IMG/VR virus record: IMGVR_UViG_3300048590_001227
Direction: 5' to 3' (one strand)
Length of the DNA stretch: 64,000 bases
Origin: an uncultured virus (IMG/VR IMGVR_UViG_3300048590_001227)
Lineage: Duplodnaviria > Heunggongvirae > Uroviricota > Caudoviricetes
Within the stretch, counting starts at the first letter, position 1. Every line of letters starts with the position of its first letter. The notes under the pieces are model-generated. The model ran no database searches. It had not been told where the DNA came from and saw nothing but the letters and a program-made list of their open reading frames with translations. Shown here piece after piece: positions 37,915-45,860 of the stretch. A program made the position numbers and the translations under genes.

Positions 37915-38769
37915 TCAGCTGATCAATTCATCAAGTGCTGCATGCTCTTTAACGATGGATGCGACATCGAACTTGGCTTTTCTTGGTAAACCCAGCGGCA
38001 GAATCTTCTTCGAGAGTCCAGGCCAGGTGTTTGTGCTCAGGCACTGCCTAAACTTCGCAAGATTCTTCCTGATGAATTCCTGGCCAAGGAGTATTTCCTC
38101 CTCGGTCGCTTCGTATGCTCCTACCAGGAATGGCCTTGAGGGGCTCACGGCCAGATATATATATTTTCTCGGCCTAATTCCGGTCACCGCCTCAATGCCT
38201 TCCAGGGTCATCGCTGCGGAAACATGATAATTGTGATTGAAAGCCGTCCACTGAAAACCTTCGGGTGATGGGTCATCAGTCGTCTTGTCATCAACAACAA
38301 CATCAAAGTCGGACGTAATAAAATCGGGTCGGCATTTGCAAAGGACGCCGGTTAGGTAATCCAACCAGTAGAAAGACACCTCGCGTTCGCCTGGCCTGCC
38401 CATGATCTCCGAGATTTCGTCGTGCTCTCCGATCGCTGCCGACATCCCTGTAAGAGTATCGGCTTCGCTTGGCTTGAGGCAAATCTTGTCGGGATTCGCA
38501 GCAACGAATTCCTTCCAAGGTTTTTCCGAGCGCGATTTGACCTCGGGGCCGATCGCATAGATAAGTGGAAAGGTTCCGTCCCTGAGTGCATGGAACGCCT
38601 TGCCTCGGCGCATCGCGGGTGTCTCTTTTTTCACTAGACCGAGGTGATAGCGCTCGTGATAAATAATGGGCGCTTCATCGAGAGCATCCAGTCCTGATTT
38701 TGATATGCCGAAACCGTTGTGATAATCCGCCATATCCAGGTTGCGATAAATTCCTGGTTCGATCCTCAT
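37915..38769 (-). CDS. RecE/exonuclease VIII-like PD-(D/E)xK nuclease
   Basis: YH…ISKSGL, GKAFH, CKCRPD and DDKTT motifs; adjacent to bet. Confidence 0.88.
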   Translation of the reverse strand: MRIEPGIYRNLDMADYHNGFGISKSGLDALDEAPIIYHERYHLGLVKKETPAMRRGKAFHALRDGTFPLIYAIGPEVKSRSEKPWKEFVAANPDKICLKPSEADTLTGMSAAIGEHDEISEIMGRPGEREVSFYWLDYLTGVLCKCRPDFITSDFDVVVDDKTTDDPSPEGFQWTAFNHNYHVSAAMTLEGIEAVTGIRPRKYIYLAVSPSRPFLVGAYEATEEEILLGQEFIRKNLAKFRQCLSTNTWPGLSKKILPLGLPRKAKFDVASIVKEHAALDELIS

Positions 38770-39110
38770 GGATTCCCCCAGAGCGAAATGCACGAAGCAA
38801 TCGCACGCTCAGAACCGATCGATGATGCGACTGATCGCATGCTCTTGGCATCCAAGATCCTGAGAGTCGATGTTTGTTTGTGGATCAACCCCAACTTTTT
38901 CATTTCCTGCACCTGCTTCCTGCTGGGTCTGAAAGAAGGAATGAAGTTGCGTGCGAGGTAGTGCCAGACAGTTGATTCCCTGACGCCAAAAATTTTCGCC
39001 GCTTCTCCAACGGTACAGCCTTCATAGTTATCGAACTTGAAAGAAGTGACCGTTTCCTGGGAGCCGTCGATCTCAATCTCTTTGCGAAGCGGCATGAACG
39101 TCTGATCCAT
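38766..39110 (-). CDS. Small DNA-binding protein (antirepressor N-terminal-domain-like)
   Basis: EAAKIFGVRESTV HTH; KKLGLIH segment shared with 63063..63392. Confidence 0.6.
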   Translation of the reverse strand: MDQTFMPLRKEIEIDGSQETVTSFKFDNYEGCTVGEAAKIFGVRESTVWHYLARNFIPSFRPSRKQVQEMKKLGLIHKQTSTLRILDAKSMRSVASSIGSERAIASCISLWGNP

Positions 39111-39261
39111 AAAGATGCTTCCCTTTGCAGTTGTACCCCATGACCAGCCTGTGTTTTCAGCTTAGATTTTGGATCAGATCAGACTCGCATCGCTGATCAC
39201 GGGGCCTGAATCAGTGATAATCTTTTTCGATATCTCTGCACAACTTGGCATTTTTTGCCCT

Positions 39262-40581
39262 TCACTTTTTTTCTGCAGTGTTGTGATTTTCGCGAGATAG
39301 ATTTTCATCCAGTTTGCTTCCGGCATCTTTGTGCGCTTCTTCAAACATCTGCGCCAGGGTCTTCAGTGACGCGTATGACAAGCGAATCGGTCTTCGTTCG
39401 CGCGATTGCCAAAGCTGATCGGTCCAAGCGGCAAGCTGCAGCGTATAGTCCAAGCCTCTTTTGGAGAGCATGTCGGCTACCCAGTGATTGAGCAAACTCC
39501 AGTCGATGAATTCGTATCTGGAAGCGAAGCACTGTTGAAAATCTTTTGCGATGCTTACGACTTGCGGAGTTATTTTTGGATGATCGTCACTTTCTGAGTT
39601 GACAGTATCCTTTGCCTGACCTATCACGCGGGCGCGCGCGGATTTACTTTCCATCCATCCATTAGTAAGTATTTTCTTGTTGTCTATGAAGAATCTCAAA
39701 GTTAAAATAGATCTTGAGATCTTTAAATCCGGATCTAAACCCTCAATACCTGAAATCCTTAAATCCGGATCTCTGAGTATTCTCTTAACGCGACTCTGCG
39801 CCACCCCCCCTCCTGGCCCAGAGTCATGGTCCAGATCTGCAGCCTCATGAGTTCCGCCATTCTCCCCGAACCGATCTTGAAATTCGACAATGCGACGCTT
39901 CAGTCGCGCGAAGATGTTTTGGTAGCGTTCGAGCTCATCCCAGGTTGTTCGCCCGGGCAGTCGGCTTAGCTTTGCAAGATCTCGTTGAACCTGTCTGGAA
40001 ACCTTTCCAATGCGCTTAAACTCGACCGGGCGATCCTCAGTCCTCAATTCATCGATCGCGGCAGCAGCGATCTTTTCCGCGTGGAGAACGAAAGCTGTGG
40101 GCGCAATGAAGTACGTATTATTTTGTGACCCGGATGCGTGCGACTGGCCTTCGACTATTAGGATCAATCGACGATCGGCCAAGCGATTCAGGGCGCGCTG
40201 CACGGTCCTGCCATCCAGGCTCGAACGTGACGCAAGAAGTTTCAGACCAGGGCAAATTGCCACCCCATCGATCCTATACTGCTTGACCCACCCCCTATCC
40301 GCGCAAGACACGAGCACATGCAGCAGATACCGATCGAGGGCCTGCAAATCTTCAGGAAGTGCATCAAAAGCAAGGTAGTACGGCGTCGCGCAAAATGGAT
40401 CAAATCGAGAATTCTCAAGGTAGTTCTGCAAAAGTATGGACTCCCATAAAATTAATTCAAACGCGTGAGAGAACTGCAATATCGCCGAGAACGAAGAATC
40501 TTCATTGCTGCAAGGGCAGAGTGAACGTTTTTTAGAGTCTCTCTTACAAGCGTCGAAAGGGTTGGTACTCATGTGTTTCAT
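39262..40581 (-). CDS. Phage replication initiator-like protein (winged HTH)
   Basis: CPGLKLLASRSSLDGRTVQRALNRL…NTY pattern; internal direct repeats; heads the early operon. Confidence 0.7.
   Translation of the reverse strand: MKHMSTNPFDACKRDSKKRSLCPCSNEDSSFSAILQFSHAFELILWESILLQNYLENSRFDPFCATPYYLAFDALPEDLQALDRYLLHVLVSCADRGWVKQYRIDGVAICPGLKLLASRSSLDGRTVQRALNRLADRRLILIVEGQSHASGSQNNTYFIAPTAFVLHAEKIAAAAIDELRTEDRPVEFKRIGKVSRQVQRDLAKLSRLPGRTTWDELERYQNIFARLKRRIVEFQDRFGENGGTHEAADLDHDSGPGGGVAQSRVKRILRDPDLRISGIEGLDPDLKISRSILTLRFFIDNKKILTNGWMESKSARARVIGQAKDTVNSESDDHPKITPQVVSIAKDFQQCFASRYEFIDWSLLNHWVADMLSKRGLDYTLQLAAWTDQLWQSRERRPIRLSYASLKTLAQMFEEAHKDAGSKLDENLSRENHNTAEKK
39723..39772. repeat. Direct repeats inside the replication gene (candidate iterons/ori)
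   Basis: TTAAATCCGGATCT at 39723-39736 and 39759-39772, next to an AT-rich stretch. Confidence 0.55.
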
Positions 40582-40990
40582 ATGTCGTCACCGGGCTACA
40601 CATTTCTGCAAGACATCGTTGAAGTCGAGTAAGTTTTGGATGGGATTGGTAAATTCATCGTCATGATTTGAAAACGTTCCGCGGTTTGACTAAAGAGCCA
40701 ATTGGTTTGCGACAAACGACGCAAGTGCCGATGGAAAAGTGAAACCGCGATGGATCAAATCTTCGCTTTTTGTATTCCGAGATGAATAAGCGTCATCAGA
40801 TCGTCACCGCGTCCGTGCTTCCGCATGAATTTGGATTCCATGACGGATAAGACGAGAGTTGTTGGACTCCGTGACGAATAAAAAAGACGGTTGTCGTCAC
40901 CAGTCTGGTTAAACTCAAACCATGGCGAAGAATAATAAAGCGAGTCGTTTTCAAACCATTCCGATATTGAAACCGGAGCAGATGTAAACT
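40582..40990. promoter_or_regulatory. Divergent early control region with repeated CGTCA(C/T) boxes (candidate operators)
   Basis: TCGTCACC at 40585, 40801 and 40894; TCGTCAT at 40658; GCGTCAT at 40790; inverted ATGACGG at 40840 and GTGACGA at 40871. Confidence 0.5.
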
Positions 40991-41758
40991 ATGGAATCAT
41001 TCTTAGAGCATGTATCCGAAGCCATCATGAATTGGACTTCGGAACGCTCGGGCCGAACACTGAGGGGGTTGGCGATGACGCTGGGCGTTAATGAAACGAC
41101 TCTTCGTCGATTGCGTGACAAAAGTAACGAGCCAAGTTTTGAAGCGTTTGAGGCTCTTCTGCCGATCGTTGATCAGGAAATGGCACTGCAGTATGGCGAA
41201 AAGAAATGGCCAGGGAAGGTGCAACGTATAAGGCACACCTTGAAGCAGAACATGATCGCCTGCGTTCGGCTGCAGGAAATGATGATCAAAGACCAAGCCC
41301 ATTTTGTTGTGATCAATCTCTGCGCGATGCCGAAGGGTGTGAGTTTGTGCCATGTGGAAGATATCACTGGCGCGGCAGGCGTAAGGATACTCGACGAGTT
41401 GGTAGATAAACTTTTGGCGCATCGTGACATGGAGGGTCAGTTTCATCTTTTTCAAAAATTCTTTCAGATCACGGGCTTTGAGTCCTTGCTGAAACAGATT
41501 GATGCAATCCAAAAAACGGCTCCATACTTTGAAGCCAAATGGCGAGCAGCGCATGTCGTGACGAAATCATTTTCGCCTGCCGGCTATGTGAAGGCTCGGG
41601 AAGCAGAGCAGAAATTGCTAGAAGAGCTTGAGAGAATTGAGCGTATTGAAAAATATCAGGGCGATCAAATGTTTGTCCTTGGAATGATGTCGGGACTACT
41701 TAAAGGAGAACCAAGTGAGAAGGAAGATGTTTCTGTTATTGGGGATGGTGTCCAGTAG
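40991..41758 (+). CDS. HTH regulator (TIGR02147/DUF4423-like), in the repressor position
   Basis: TLRGLAMTLGVNETTLRRL HTH, central wHTH-like segment, C-terminal helix/strand; paralog at 49844..50599. Confidence 0.65.
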   Translation: MESFLEHVSEAIMNWTSERSGRTLRGLAMTLGVNETTLRRLRDKSNEPSFEAFEALLPIVDQEMALQYGEKKWPGKVQRIRHTLKQNMIACVRLQEMMIKDQAHFVVINLCAMPKGVSLCHVEDITGAAGVRILDELVDKLLAHRDMEGQFHLFQKFFQITGFESLLKQIDAIQKTAPYFEAKWRAAHVVTKSFSPAGYVKAREAEQKLLEELERIERIEKYQGDQMFVLGMMSGLLKGEPSEKEDVSVIGDGVQ

Positions 41759-42014
41759 CGCTTTCGCTGGCCAGACCAGTAGTGGTGGAGGAATTGCAGT
41801 GCGGCAGATTGCTGAAAATCTGTTTAGGTTTCCGGAAGGGCATGACTTGGGCGGGTTGAACTTGGACGACGAAATCGAAATCGAAGGTGGTGTATTTCGC
41901 GTTGTCGGCGTGAGCGCTTTGACAGGTAATATCATAATGCAGTCGGCAAGTGGCGCTAGGATCGAAATCCAGGCTGGCTCTGATTTTCCAATAGATTCGA
42001 TGCCTCAGCAATAA
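41715..42014 (+). CDS. Small secreted protein with Gly-rich motif after the signal peptide
   Basis: …SSSAFA|GQTSSGGG; overlaps the 3' end of the HTH gene. Confidence 0.75.
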   Translation: MRRKMFLLLGMVSSSAFAGQTSSGGGIAVRQIAENLFRFPEGHDLGGLNLDDEIEIEGGVFRVVGVSALTGNIIMQSASGARIEIQAGSDFPIDSMPQQ

Positions 42015-42057
42015 GGATCGTTTTTTCATTCAATATGAAGAGACAGACACTAAAATC

Positions 42058-42411
42058 ATGAGCAAAAGAATACTCTTTGTAGAAGACAATGATTCGTATC
42101 GGCAAATGATGGTCGAAATTCTGGAAGCATACGGCCATAGGGTGACACAAGCCGAGAGCGGTAGTCAGGCTTTGCAACTGATGTCCTCCGGATATACCCC
42201 TGACGTGGCAATAATTGACCTGCACATGCCGAAGATGGATGGTATTGAGCTGACCCGCGAGATTCGGAAACGTTACCTGACTCCCGTCTATCTCTGTACT
42301 GCGGACGAGAAAGCTGAGTCCCTTATTGAGGGGATCGAGTTGATTTGGGTCGTTGACAAATCTCTCGAAGGAATCCGATCGATGATTGAAGGTGTTGAGA
42401 AAGTTGTATGA
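42058..42411 (+). CDS. Stand-alone response regulator receiver (CheY-like)
   Basis: ILFVEDN, IIDLHMPKMDG, conserved T and K. Confidence 0.93.
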   Translation: MSKRILFVEDNDSYRQMMVEILEAYGHRVTQAESGSQALQLMSSGYTPDVAIIDLHMPKMDGIELTREIRKRYLTPVYLCTADEKAESLIEGIELIWVVDKSLEGIRSMIEGVEKVV

Positions 42412-42414
42412 GAA

Positions 42415-42489
42415 AAGGGCGACCAGTGGTCGCCCTTCAGTTCTACTTTCAAATGGCCCAACTGGAGAAATCTAGTTGGGTCATTTTTT
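42415..42489 (+). terminator. Tandem hairpins / intrinsic terminator
   Basis: AAGGGCGACC-AGT-GGTCGCCCTT, then AAATGGCCCAACTGGA-GAAA-TCTAGTTGGGTCATTT followed by a T run. Confidence 0.8.
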
Positions 42490-42754
42490 CTTCGGTTTTC
42501 CCTTCACCCCACGATCATGATTCAGATTGGTCAATTTCTACTGAAATTTTTTCTTACGCTGTCCTATTAAATTAAAATTTACCTTATTTATTATAGTGAC
42601 TTATGTCTATGATCACGCCGAAAGGACCTCCGAGACACTCTCGAAGCAATTTCAGCGGTTATTTGTTTTATGCCAATCCGAAAAAATTGGCTTTCGATGA
42701 TCCGCTGTGGTTAAAAGCTCAAAATGTAAAACGTTGTGTGAAAGAGAGAGCCCT

Positions 42755-44434
42755 ATGAAAGCAAGCCGACTGTTATCTCTTTTAATGTTTTTGTTTTTAT
42801 ATGCATGCTCCGACAGCCAGAGTTCGACCCTTTCGGGTGAAGGTGTTGAGCTTGAGACTGCGAGAGAATTGTTTATGAGACGCGGTGATAATCATGAAGC
42901 TTTGCTCGTGGCTAAAAACTTCATTCAAAACAAATTAGACACCGTGCCCGATGTTTATCCCAACTATATCGATCGTATGGAAGCCAGTATTCTCCTTTTT
43001 CGTCTTACCTACTATGAGGCTAAGCACTACTACGCAACCGATAAATCGACCAGGAAAAAGCTGCTTCTGGAGAACGCCGCGAACGTGGACAAGTATCTTA
43101 GTCCAGCGACGCTAGGCTGGGAACACCCAGGCTATTACTATTACAAAATGCAGTCACTTCTTGCCTACGCTGACGACGGCATCTATCTAGAGCAGCTGAG
43201 CGTTTTCTCGAAGATACTCGGGCTTATCTACGACAGCGATAAAGCGGCCGGTAGTGATATCTACGAAGGTGGTGGCATGTATCGCCTTGAAGCTGAATTT
43301 TGGTCGCGCGAATATATCCGAGGCACGCCTGGACTTGCCTATAATCCTGAGTTGTCGCTGAAACTCATAGACTACGCTATCAAAGCAGACCCCTATCCTG
43401 GTCAATATTCTGGCGACCTTTACTGTGAGAATTTTCTTCTCCGCGCGGAATACGAATACCGGGTCAGCAAAGCCGCTGCTAAGCCTTCAGTTTATGCTGC
43501 TCAGCTAGCTGAGATATTCGAACTTTATGTCGCTGATGAATTGATCCCACCTATGGATAAGATCGAAGCCGTCGAATGTATAGCGAAAGCAAAAAACTTT
43601 GCTGCGAGCAAAGGCGTAGTCATTCGTCAAATGAATGGTGACACCGAAGGACATAGTTTTGAGTTTAACGCCACCGCTTATTTCAGTTCCACCGCCTCAT
43701 ACTCAGGCAAAGTCGCACTGGAAGCCTACTGTGGAGCTTGGGACCTCATGACTCCTCCACTTCCTTTGGCTGGCAGCGCGTATTTTGACTATGATCCTTC
43801 CAAGTCTGGAAAGTCTTATGCACTTAGTCTTACGCTTTCCGGCGATAGCGTCCCTTGTGTTCCAAGGTGGCTCGCTTTCAACTCAGACAGAATTAGCGTC
43901 AGCACTTCCAACGTTGACGTGAGGTTTGTGGATTATGGTCTGACCGACGAAAAATACGCGGCAGATACCAAAAATCAGCTCGACGACACTTATTCTCAGC
44001 AGATGGCAAACTACAGTATATCCATGGCCCAGCAGGCTCTGGCGCAACCTAACATGTTCTGTAACATTCAGCAGGCCACGAAGAATCCAAGAATCGACGC
44101 TGGTTTTATTCAGAAAGTGAAATCAGACTACTACGGTGTCTTTGGCGTTCTCTTCGACGACCCTGATCATCAGTTCGCCTGTCCTCCCACGGAAACTTTG
44201 AAAGGTCAAATCAACATTTGCGTGGTGAGTCCGTCCAAGTCTACCCCTTTCTGCAACTCTTACCGCCTCTATATGCAGTCGCTTGGCTGGATTAATTCGC
44301 AGTTGGTTGAGACCAACCGACGATTGGAAAAAATTTCAAACAAGGAGTCCCAGATTTACAAGAACCTCCAAACCCTCAGTGAAAGACTGCAGGAGGAGAG
44401 CGATAACTCTGACGAAGTTCTGGGCGAAGACTGA
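42755..44434 (+). CDS. Lipoprotein with TPR-like N-terminal half and Cys-containing C-terminal half (toxin operon gene 1)
   Basis: LYAC lipobox; YEGGGMYRL…LSLKLIDYAIKADP…ENFLLRAEY TPR-like helices; C-terminal coiled coil. Confidence 0.75.
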   Translation: MKASRLLSLLMFLFLYACSDSQSSTLSGEGVELETARELFMRRGDNHEALLVAKNFIQNKLDTVPDVYPNYIDRMEASILLFRLTYYEAKHYYATDKSTRKKLLLENAANVDKYLSPATLGWEHPGYYYYKMQSLLAYADDGIYLEQLSVFSKILGLIYDSDKAAGSDIYEGGGMYRLEAEFWSREYIRGTPGLAYNPELSLKLIDYAIKADPYPGQYSGDLYCENFLLRAEYEYRVSKAAAKPSVYAAQLAEIFELYVADELIPPMDKIEAVECIAKAKNFAASKGVVIRQMNGDTEGHSFEFNATAYFSSTASYSGKVALEAYCGAWDLMTPPLPLAGSAYFDYDPSKSGKSYALSLTLSGDSVPCVPRWLAFNSDRISVSTSNVDVRFVDYGLTDEKYAADTKNQLDDTYSQQMANYSISMAQQALAQPNMFCNIQQATKNPRIDAGFIQKVKSDYYGVFGVLFDDPDHQFACPPTETLKGQINICVVSPSKSTPFCNSYRLYMQSLGWINSQLVETNRRLEKISNKESQIYKNLQTLSERLQEESDNSDEVLGED

Positions 44435-44477
44435 GGCGGTTGACGGTTGATTTAACTAAGGAGAGAGGGAAAATCAC

Positions 44478-45857
44478 ATGAAAATCAGACCAGCAGTTTT
44501 TCTTTTATTGTTTTCCACAGGGCAGTTGCTTGCGGACGCGAGCAATCAATGCCTTGTTGATCAGAGAGCAGCGAAAAATCCGTCCGAGGAAATTCTTGAT
44601 AGACTTGACGAATGTATGAAGGATAAGTCTTGCGCCCAGGAAGATAGGCAATATGTTTGTCCGTGGGCGGAAAGCAGAAGCGAGCTGCCAAGTCTTTCAG
44701 ATGACGAAAAGAAAAAAGTTGACGAGCTGTGCGAGCAATGTGAGCAAATGGAAGTCATTGCCTGCAGCTATTCACTTAATTCTGCCAATGAGAGTTTTAA
44801 CAAAGCGATAAAGGTTTTTGTTGACGACAACGACGCAGCCAAGCCTTTGATTTTTGGCTACGCTAAACCGAATCCAGTAGCCAATAATCTAAACCTCGCC
44901 GCCAACCTTAGAAAACTCATGGACGACAATGAAGTTTTCAAAACTGAACTGAAGACTCTGACAGACAAGTTGACCGCTCTTACCCAAAATATCACCAGCG
45001 AAACTATTCTGCGTGCAAACCTCAAAAAATCTCAACAGGCAACGCAGGACTTTGCTCAGAAATGGGCCGGTCTTTACAAAGACAGCGCCCAGCTCTACTA
45101 CCTTACTTCTGAGTTGCTTGATTTCATGGCAGAGTGGCAGGATCGTATGCTTGCCACGCAACATGATTCTGGCTGCTCGGCTATTAGCGGGGAAGTTGAT
45201 AAGGCTTCGGCTGCTGGCGAAGCGTTTGTCTCCCAGCTGGAATCAATCACCACAGCGCTTGAAAACCTCAGCTTTTCAAAACGTCTGGAGCTGGCAGGAA
45301 ATTTTTCTGAAAATGCAATTAAGCTCAGCTACCTGGCTGCCAGCAGAAAAACGGTTGAAGAACTCCATGCTTCGATTGGTGCAGTGCTTGACCTTGATAG
45401 AAAGGTTATGGAGTCAAACCTCTGGTGGATTGAGGTCAGTCGCGGTGGCCTCGCGAGCGGTCTTCACACAAGCTATTACCAATATAGAAAGCCTCTTGAA
45501 ATTCTCGTAACCGCTGTTGGCGAAGGTCAGAAGTTTATCGACCAGGTCAGAGCCATTAAAGGCCTGTCTGCTTCCGCTATGACGGCTGCAGTCAATGGAC
45601 TTCAGGGCCGCCAGAACCTTTTGCAAAGTGACATTACTTGGCTCAAAACACGCGGCTGGAAAGGCCAGTATAAATCTCAGGTGGAAACCGTTGACTCCTG
45701 GCTGAAATCTCTGCCCCGCAAAGATTCGACCTGCGGAAAGCTTCTCGCAGCCTACCAAAATCAGACGAAAAGCTTTCTGGGTGAGGACTTTGAAGTCTTT
45801 GAAGCTGAGATCGAGCCAAAATTCATTCAGGCTATTCAAGCCTGCGAAGCGGAGTAA
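44478..45857 (+). CDS. Secreted helical/coiled-coil protein with Cys-rich N-terminus (toxin operon gene 2)
   Basis: Signal peptide (…QLLA|D), Cys cluster, long amphipathic helices; ends 3 nt before the toxin start. Confidence 0.8.
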   Translation: MKIRPAVFLLLFSTGQLLADASNQCLVDQRAAKNPSEEILDRLDECMKDKSCAQEDRQYVCPWAESRSELPSLSDDEKKKVDELCEQCEQMEVIACSYSLNSANESFNKAIKVFVDDNDAAKPLIFGYAKPNPVANNLNLAANLRKLMDDNEVFKTELKTLTDKLTALTQNITSETILRANLKKSQQATQDFAQKWAGLYKDSAQLYYLTSELLDFMAEWQDRMLATQHDSGCSAISGEVDKASAAGEAFVSQLESITTALENLSFSKRLELAGNFSENAIKLSYLAASRKTVEELHASIGAVLDLDRKVMESNLWWIEVSRGGLASGLHTSYYQYRKPLEILVTAVGEGQKFIDQVRAIKGLSASAMTAAVNGLQGRQNLLQSDITWLKTRGWKGQYKSQVETVDSWLKSLPRKDSTCGKLLAAYQNQTKSFLGEDFEVFEAEIEPKFIQAIQACEAE

Positions 45858-45860
45858 GAC

